From the NCBI GenBank assembly GCA_023150835.1, contig JAKLKB010000027.1, positions 1 through 57,836 of the forward strand: a stretch of 57,836 bases of DNA. Direction: 5' to 3'. Shown in pieces: positions 57,598 to 57,836 of the stretch (the stretch's first letter is position 1; the number at the start of each line of letters is the position of its first letter). The DNA is from Myxococcota bacterium (GTDB lineage Bacteria > Myxococcota_C > UBA6777). A program made the position numbers and the translations under genes. The notes beneath the pieces were generated by a model. That model ran no database searches, was not told the DNA's origin, and saw nothing but the letters and a program-made list of their open reading frames with translations.

Positions 57598-57706
57598 CTC
57601 AATCGATTCGTTTCGCTGACAACACGACTCTTTTTTCCCTGCGTAACGAGGTTTCTGCTCCGGACTGTTCGCTTTGACGGCTGCTTTTTTCAAAGCAAAC
57701 AGTTTC

Positions 57707-57827
57707 TACGAGTTCCGTCCATGAAGTACGTGAAAAAGTAGGGGCAGACAGGTGTGGCTGCCCAATCACAGGGCGTTTACAACAAATCGCATCGACACTT
57801 TTGGATACGCTTTTGACGGATATGATA
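57707..57827 (+). mobile_element. Family A MITE, degenerate long subtype
   Basis: TACGAGTTCCG..GTAGGGGCAG..GGCTGCCC..GGGCGTTTAC..CGGATATGATA. Confidence 0.65.
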
Positions 57828-57836
57828 GGAACGATG

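Overview
This window looks like a gene-dense bacterial chromosome segment, probably Myxococcota or a related lineage. That is an inference from the FHA-sigma54 activator, the Ser/Thr kinase-ATPase fusion, the Cys-rich lipoproteins and the Sel1-repeat protein. About 37 plausible CDSs are present. They include a split pntAA-pntAB-pntB transhydrogenase operon, FAH-maiA, tldD-pmbA, a large MscS-family channel and a putative mcl-mcd-mch cluster (lower ethylmalonyl-CoA pathway). Several proteins are eukaryote-like or otherwise unusual: a SMYD-type SET protein, a PNGase F lipoprotein, a lipoprotein with beta-defensin-like modules, and a tRNA-binding OB fold fused to an RNA ligase. The most striking unannotated structure is intergenic. 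(A) A ~110-120 bp MITE with ~11-bp terminal inverted repeats, 3-bp TNA target duplications and an internal GTAG-REP hairpin occurs about 10 times; three copies use a gene's TAA stop codon as target. (B) A ~125 bp double-hairpin element without TIRs occurs 6 times, once in-frame inside a gene. (C) A third TIR element also carries a GTAG-REP. (D) Three unrelated 32-38 bp direct-repeat pairs are each separated by a 33-34 bp unique spacer. Short tandem-repeat expansions are common inside and just after genes. I found no rRNA, tRNA, cas gene, true CRISPR array or transposase. All family assignments come from motif recognition by eye, not from database searches.
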